This document shows positions 59,305-64,000 of a DNA stretch of 64,000 bases, one piece after another. The stretch is from contig DECD01000024.1 of the NCBI GenBank assembly GCA_002349055.1, positions 10,503-74,502 on the forward strand. The letters are read 5' to 3'. Source of the stretch: Bacteroidales bacterium UBA2939. Lineage in GTDB: Bacteria; Bacteroidota; Bacteroidia; Bacteroidales; P3. The first letter of the stretch is position 1. The number at the start of each line of letters is the position of its first letter. The notes below the pieces were generated by a model. That model was not told where the DNA came from, did no database searches, and saw only the letters and a program-made list of their open reading frames with translations. A program made the translations under genes and the position numbers.

Positions 59305-60458
59305 TTTTATTTATTATCACAACTTTTCTGGGGCTTTTGGCCTGCGGTCAGAGTAATCAGAATATTCAGAATAATCAGAGTACTCCGAATACTCAGAGTA
59401 TTCAGAATAATCAGAATGATTCGATTTCTCTTGATGAGGCTATCGGCGAAATGTTGCTGGTGGGCTTCCGCGGCACCGAGATTGACAGCACACACCATAT
59501 CTGGCGCGACATCCTCGACTATCACGTGGGCGGCGTCATCCTTTTCGACTACGACGCCCCCACGGGCACCCGTGGCCGCAACATCAAGAGTGCCGCCCAG
59601 GTGAAAGCCCTTTGCACCCAGTTGCACACCCTCTCCCCCACCCTGCTCATCGGTATCGACCAAGAGGGCGGCAGCGTCAGCCGTCTCAGCACACGCTACG
59701 GCTTCCCCAACATCATGTCGGCGCAGAAAAGCGCCACCCTGGGGCCCGACACCGTGCGCCATTATGCACGACTCACCGCCGAGATGCTCCACAACCTCGG
59801 CATCAACCTCAATTTTGCCCCCGTGGCCGACGTCAATGTCAACCCCTCGTGCCCCGTCATCGGCGGCATGGGACGCTCGTTCTCGGCCAACGACTCTCTG
59901 GTGACCGCCTGCTGCGCCATCTGGATGGAGGAGCAACGGAAACAAGGCGTGGCGAGTTGTCTCAAGCACTTCCCCGGACATGGCAGTGCCAAGGGCGATA
60001 CCCACAAAGGGCTCGTCGATGTCACCAAGACCTGGCAACGCCGCGAGTTGACCCCCTATCGTGAAATCGGCGGTACTGACATGGTGATGACTGCCCACGT
60101 TATCAACCGCCAACTCGACCCGTCGGGTTTGCCAGCCTCCCTTTCTCCGCGCATCACCTCCTTCCTACGCGACAGTCTGGGATTCAATGGAGTAATCATC
60201 ACCGACGACCTCGCCATGGGCGCCATTGCGGGACAGTACAGCCTCGAAAAGACCATCCGCATGGCCCTCGAGGCCGGTGCTGACCTCCTCTGCCTCAGTA
60301 ACAACGGCGGCCACGGCTACGACCCTGATATCGTCCCCAAGGTGGTGAAAATCATCAAAAAACTCGTTGCCGATGGCACCGTCAACCTCGACCGTATCCA
60401 GCAATCAGCCCTCCGCGTCCGCAAACTGAAGGAAAGCCCCTCTACCTCAGACCGTTGA
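59298..60458 (+). CDS. Glycoside hydrolase family 3 N-terminal-domain lipoprotein (NagZ-like beta-N-acetylhexosaminidase)
   Basis: GH3 blocks GIDQEGGSVSRL, KHFPGHGSAKGDTH and ITDDLAMGAI. Lipoprotein signal MKVLFIITTFLGLLAC. The only start that preserves the signal peptide is TTG 59298, because an in-frame TGA sits at 59292. A Q/N-rich linker after the lipobox Cys is encoded by 9-bp tandem repeats. Confidence 0.8.
   Translation: MKVLFIITTFLGLLACGQSNQNIQNNQSTPNTQSIQNNQNDSISLDEAIGEMLLVGFRGTEIDSTHHIWRDILDYHVGGVILFDYDAPTGTRGRNIKSAAQVKALCTQLHTLSPTLLIGIDQEGGSVSRLSTRYGFPNIMSAQKSATLGPDTVRHYARLTAEMLHNLGINLNFAPVADVNVNPSCPVIGGMGRSFSANDSLVTACCAIWMEEQRKQGVASCLKHFPGHGSAKGDTHKGLVDVTKTWQRRELTPYREIGGTDMVMTAHVINRQLDPSGLPASLSPRITSFLRDSLGFNGVIITDDLAMGAIAGQYSLEKTIRMALEAGADLLCLSNNGGHGYDPDIVPKVVKIIKKLVADGTVNLDRIQQSALRVRKLKESPSTSDR
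59349..59420 (+). repeat. 9-bp tandem array (8 units, CAGAATAnT type) encoding the Q/N-rich tether of the GH3 lipoprotein
   Basis: CAGAGTAAT CAGAATATT CAGAATAAT CAGAGTACT CCGAATACT CAGAGTATT CAGAATAAT CAGAATGAT encodes QSNQNIQNNQSTPNTQSIQNNQND. Confidence 0.9.
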
Positions 60459-60489
60459 TAAAAAACTTGGCAAATTTAAAATAAAAGTG

Positions 60490-60497
60490 TATATTTG
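60490..60497 (+). promoter_or_regulatory. -7 box TATATTTG upstream of recA
   Basis: AGTGTATATTTGCACC, 45 nt upstream of ATG 60543. Confidence 0.55.
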
Positions 60498-60542
60498 CAC
60501 CTAGTGAAACAATAAAATAAAATAACTAAATACTTGAACATT

Positions 60543-61577
60543 ATGGCAAAAGAAGTGAACGATGCCGATGCCCTGAAGCAAGAAAAACTAAAAATCCTCC
60601 AAAGCACCCTCGACAAGATAGAGAAGAGCTACGGCAAGGGTTCCATCATGAAGCTGGGCGACCGTCCCGACGAGCAACTCGACGTCATCTCCACCGGCAG
60701 CATCAGCCTTGATATGGCCTTGGGTGTCGGCGGATTCCCCCGCGGCCGCGTCATCGAAATCTACGGCCCCGAGAGCTCTGGTAAGACCACCCTGGCCATC
60801 CACGCCATTGCCGAATGCCAGAAAGCCGGCGGCATCGCCGCCTTCATCGACGCCGAGCACGCCTTCGACAGCTTCTATGCAAAAAAACTTGGTGTCGACA
60901 TCAACAACCTCCTCGTCTCGCAACCCGACAACGGCGAGCAGGCCCTCGAGATTGCCGACAACCTCATCCGCTCTGGTGCCATCGACATCATTGTCATCGA
61001 CTCCGTGGCCGCCCTCACCCCCAAGGCCGAAATCGACGGCGACATGGGCGACAGCAAGGTGGGCCTCCAGGCACGCCTCATGAGCCAGGCCATGCGCAAG
61101 CTCACCGCCACCATCAGCAAGACCAACTGCTGTTGCATCTTCATCAATCAGTTGCGCGAGAAGATAGGCGTCCTCTTCGGCAACCCCGAGACCACCACTG
61201 GCGGCAACGCCCTGAAATTCTACGCCTCCGTGCGTATCGACATCCGCCGCACCCAGGCCATCAAGGACGGTGACCAGAACATCGGCAACCGCGTGAAGGT
61301 GCGCGTAGTGAAGAACAAGGTGGCCCCTCCCTTCCGCCAGTGCGAGTTCGACCTCATGTTCGGCGAGGGCATCTCCAAGCTGGGCGAGATTATCGACCTC
61401 GGCGTCGACCTCGACATCATCCACAAGAGCGGCTCGTGGTTCAGCTACGGCGAGAGCAAGCTGGCCCAAGGCCGCGAAGCCCTCAAGCAGCTGCTGCGCG
61501 ACAACCCCGAGCTCACCGACGAGCTGGAAGGCAAAATCCGCACCGCCCTCAAGGAAAAACAAGACGCAGAACTCTAA
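60543..61577 (+). CDS. recA: Recombinase RecA
   Basis: Walker [10 protein letters not shown] and typical RecA blocks ([27 protein letters not shown]). The track ORF starts at TTG 60534. ATG 60543 (MAKEVND...) is the likelier start and lies 45 nt after a TATATTTG box. Confidence 0.95.
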   Translation: MAKEVNDADALKQEKLKILQSTLDKIEKSYGKGSIMKLGDRPDEQLDVISTGSISLDMALGVGGFPRGRVIEIYGPESSGKTTLAIHAIAECQKAGGIAAFIDAEHAFDSFYAKKLGVDINNLLVSQPDNGEQALEIADNLIRSGAIDIIVIDSVAALTPKAEIDGDMGDSKVGLQARLMSQAMRKLTATISKTNCCCIFINQLREKIGVLFGNPETTTGGNALKFYASVRIDIRRTQAIKDGDQNIGNRVKVRVVKNKVAPPFRQCEFDLMFGEGISKLGEIIDLGVDLDIIHKSGSWFSYGESKLAQGREALKQLLRDNPELTDELEGKIRTALKEKQDAEL

Positions 61578-61580
61578 CCT

Positions 61581-63764
61581 ATGTACGTCATCGACGAAGC
61601 ACGCGAAGAGCGCGACATACAGGCCAAATACGACGAACTTATCGAAGCCTGCCGTGTGTTGAAACCCCTCTCACCCGACGAGGAGAGCAACATCTTCCGT
61701 GCTTTCCAGATGGCCAAGAGGGCACACGCCGGCACACGCCGCAAGAGCGGAGAGCCTTACATCTTCCACCCCCTGGCGGTGGCCCTCATCGCCGTCAAGG
61801 AGGTAGGCCTCGGTCCCACGGCCGTCATCGCGGCCCTGCTGCACGACGTGGTTGAGGACACCGAAATCACCCTCGACGAGCTCCGTATGGTCTTCGGCGA
61901 CCGCGTGGCCAAGATTGTTGACGGCGTCACCAAGATAGAGGACGTCATGGTTCTCCAGCAGTCGGAAAGCAAGCAGGCCGAGAACTACCGCAAGATACTG
62001 CTCTCGATGTGCAACGACGCCTACGTCATCTTCCTCAAACTCTGCGACCGACTGCACAACATGCGCACTCTCGGTTCGATGAAGGACACCAAGAAGCTCA
62101 TCATCGCCTCCGAAACCTCCTACCTCTACATTCCCTTGGCCCACCGACTCGGCCTCTACACCATCAAGACCGAGCTCGAAGAGCTGGTGATGAAATATAC
62201 CAACCCCGAGAAATACGAGGAGATTTCGGCCAAGATTGCTGCCACCGCCGACAAAGGGGCCAAGCTCCATGAGTGCCTCGTCGACCCCGTGCGCCAGATG
62301 CTCGACCAAGCCGGCTACCAATACTCCCTCAAGACCCGCGTCAAGTCGGTATTCAGCTGCTGGAAAAAGATTGAGAACAAGCATGTCTCTTTCGAGGAAA
62401 TCTTCGACCTCTACGCCATGCGCATCATCCTCAACGGCGTGCCACGCGACAAGGAAAAGGAGGAGTGCTTCAAGGTCTACGCCCTCATCTCCCAAAAATT
62501 CGACCCCAACCCCACACGCTTCCGCGACTGGATTACCCACCCCAAGAACAACGGCTACGAAAGCCTTCAGACCACCGTTATGACCCCCATCGGCACCTGG
62601 GTCGAAATCCAGATACGCACCGAGCGCATGGACACCATCGCCGAGAAGGGTATGGCCGCCCACTTCCTCTACAAGGAGGCGCACCCCGAGGAAAACATCG
62701 AGCACAACCCCGTCGAGGAATGGCTCCAGCAGATTCGCACCTCGCTCGAACAGAGCGACAAGAGCGCTCTCGACCTCGTCGAAGAGTTCAAGGAGAGCCT
62801 CTATACCAAAGAGATATACATCTTCACCCCGCGTGGACGCACCGTCACCCTACCCTCGCGCAGCACGGTGCTCGACTTCGCCTATGCCATCCATACCGAC
62901 CTCGGCCACCACTGCATCGGCGCCAAGCTCAACGCCCGCGTGGTGAGCCGCAACGAGCGTCTCCACACCGGCGACCAGGTGCAGATTCTCACCACCGCCA
63001 ACACCCTCCCCACCGAGGAATGGCTCACCGAATGCCAGACTCCCCACGCCAAGGAGGCCATCAAGGACTTTCTCCGCGCCCACAAGAAAGAATATGTCGA
63101 GGAGGGCCGTCGCAAATACAAAGAATACCTGAGCAAGAACCACATCAGAAACAACTCCCAGAACTGGGGACAGCTCAAGCGATTCCTCAACAACGCCTCC
63201 GACATCGACGTGCTCTACGACATCGCCGTCGGCAACGTCACTGAGCGCCAGGTGGCCGAATGCTTCGGAAAAGCCCATCGCGAGCCCAACCTCATCTTCA
63301 TCGACCAATACAAGAAACTCGCCACCCCCTTCCTCCTTGACAAGGAGTATGAGAACCTGCCCACCGAGACCGCCACATGCTGCAAACCCGTGCAGGGCGA
63401 CCAGGTGGTGGGCATCGTCCAGGAGGGCAAAATCAAGGTCCACCGCACCAACTGCCGCGAAGCCATGAAGGAGATGGCCAACCACGAGAACCACATCATC
63501 CGCGCCAAGTGGCGTCCGGGCGAACAGCTCTCGCTCCTCACCGGCATCTCGCTCACCGCCATCGACCGCAAAGGCCTCCTCCAGGAAATCACACACCACA
63601 TCTCCGACGAACTCGACCTCAACATGCGCGCCATCACCCTCGAGACCTCCGAGGGTGTCGTCCGCGGCATCATCATGCTCTATGTCAACGACGTGGAGAA
63701 ACTCAACGGCCTCATCGAAAAACTCAAATCCATCGACGAAATTGAAGACGTACACCGGATATAA
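61581..63764 (+). CDS. rel: Bifunctional (p)ppGpp synthetase/hydrolase, RelA/SpoT homolog
   Basis: 727 aa. HD hydrolase motif HPLAVA...LHDVVEDT, synthetase block DLYAMRIIL...YESLQTTV...EIQIRT, TGS (IYIFTPRGRTVTLP...AYAIHTDLG) and a C-terminal ACT-like segment. It starts 3 nt after the recA stop. Confidence 0.9.
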   Translation: MYVIDEAREERDIQAKYDELIEACRVLKPLSPDEESNIFRAFQMAKRAHAGTRRKSGEPYIFHPLAVALIAVKEVGLGPTAVIAALLHDVVEDTEITLDELRMVFGDRVAKIVDGVTKIEDVMVLQQSESKQAENYRKILLSMCNDAYVIFLKLCDRLHNMRTLGSMKDTKKLIIASETSYLYIPLAHRLGLYTIKTELEELVMKYTNPEKYEEISAKIAATADKGAKLHECLVDPVRQMLDQAGYQYSLKTRVKSVFSCWKKIENKHVSFEEIFDLYAMRIILNGVPRDKEKEECFKVYALISQKFDPNPTRFRDWITHPKNNGYESLQTTVMTPIGTWVEIQIRTERMDTIAEKGMAAHFLYKEAHPEENIEHNPVEEWLQQIRTSLEQSDKSALDLVEEFKESLYTKEIYIFTPRGRTVTLPSRSTVLDFAYAIHTDLGHHCIGAKLNARVVSRNERLHTGDQVQILTTANTLPTEEWLTECQTPHAKEAIKDFLRAHKKEYVEEGRRKYKEYLSKNHIRNNSQNWGQLKRFLNNASDIDVLYDIAVGNVTERQVAECFGKAHREPNLIFIDQYKKLATPFLLDKEYENLPTETATCCKPVQGDQVVGIVQEGKIKVHRTNCREAMKEMANHENHIIRAKWRPGEQLSLLTGISLTAIDRKGLLQEITHHISDELDLNMRAITLETSEGVVRGIIMLYVNDVEKLNGLIEKLKSIDEIEDVHRI

Positions 63765-63792
63765 TTGAAAATTGAGAATTGAAAATTGAAAT
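63765..63792 (+). repeat. Heptamer tandem array x4, starting immediately after the rel stop codon
   Basis: ATA TAA TTGAAAA TTGAGAA TTGAAAA TTGAAAT. Confidence 0.9.
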
Positions 63793-63793
63793 T

Positions 63794-63813
63794 CCCCATA
63801 GGGGTTTTCTTTT
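63794..63813 (+). terminator. Weak terminator candidate after rel
   Basis: CCCC-ATA-GGGG followed by TTTTCTTTT. The stem is only 4 bp, so this is low confidence. Confidence 0.3.
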
Positions 63814-63819
63814 AAATAT

Positions 63820-64000
63820 ATGGACGAAAAGACTCTCGAATCTTTTAAACGTTTAAGCAATATTTTAGACACCCTGCGGAAAGAATGCCCGTGGGACAAA
63901 GTGCAGACAATGAAGTCCCTCCGCTACCTCACCATCGAGGAGGTCCACGAACTGAGCGAAGCCATCATACAAATTGAAAATTTAAAATTGAAAATTGAAA
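63820..64000 (+). CDS. mazG: MazG-family nucleoside triphosphate pyrophosphohydrolase, 5' end only (runs off the right edge)
   Basis: Hand translation gives MDEKTLESFKRLSNILDTLRKECPWDKVQTMKSLRYLTIEEVHELSEAI..., which has the MazG signature CPWD..QT and the EE..E helix. It is not in the ORF track because it is truncated. The last 27 nt are heptamer repeats read in frame. Confidence 0.7.
   Translation, partial: MDEKTLESFKRLSNILDTLRKECPWDKVQTMKSLRYLTIEEVHELSEAIIQIENLKLKIE
63974..64000 (+). repeat. Heptamer tandem array (at least 3.9 units, cut by the window edge), read in frame inside mazG
   Basis: TTGAAAA TTTAAAA TTGAAAA TTGAAA encodes IENLKLKIE. Confidence 0.85.

Overview
The window looks like a Bacteroidota (Bacteroidales-like) chromosome. 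Evidence: T9SS type-A and type-B C-terminal sorting domains, TAnnTTTG (-7) promoter boxes, and coding DNA near 60% GC (hand-sampled 60-nt lines) separated by very AT-rich spacers. About 68% of the window (1-43712) is one co-directional minus-strand block of five Sec-secreted repeat proteins of >=4158, 6966, 877, 1119 and 1173 aa. They are built from [VIL][FY]GG[GSA] rungs, which suggests parallel beta-helices. The left-most giant gene is absent from the supplied ORF track because it runs off the window edge; I recovered it by hand translation. Only that protein carries a recognisable T9SS sorting domain. The other four start or end in bare repeat rungs and are separated by 69-71 bp spacers made entirely of 9-bp tandem repeats. 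This block is my best candidate for an undescribed multi-component giant surface-fibre or adhesin system. The right 20 kb holds tnaA, a 3057-aa modular T9SS type-B cargo protein, and housekeeping genes: hpf, a xerC-like recombinase, a small lipoprotein, a phosphohexomutase, recR, a GH3 lipoprotein, recA, rel, and the 5' end of mazG. I recognised no rRNA, tRNA, CRISPR array or mobile element. A second theme is several families of short tandem repeats with 7-, 8-, 9- and 11-bp units. They sit directly after stop codons, inside coding sequences, and upstream of two unrelated transcription units. All coordinates and translations were worked out by eye, and no database search or structure prediction was run.
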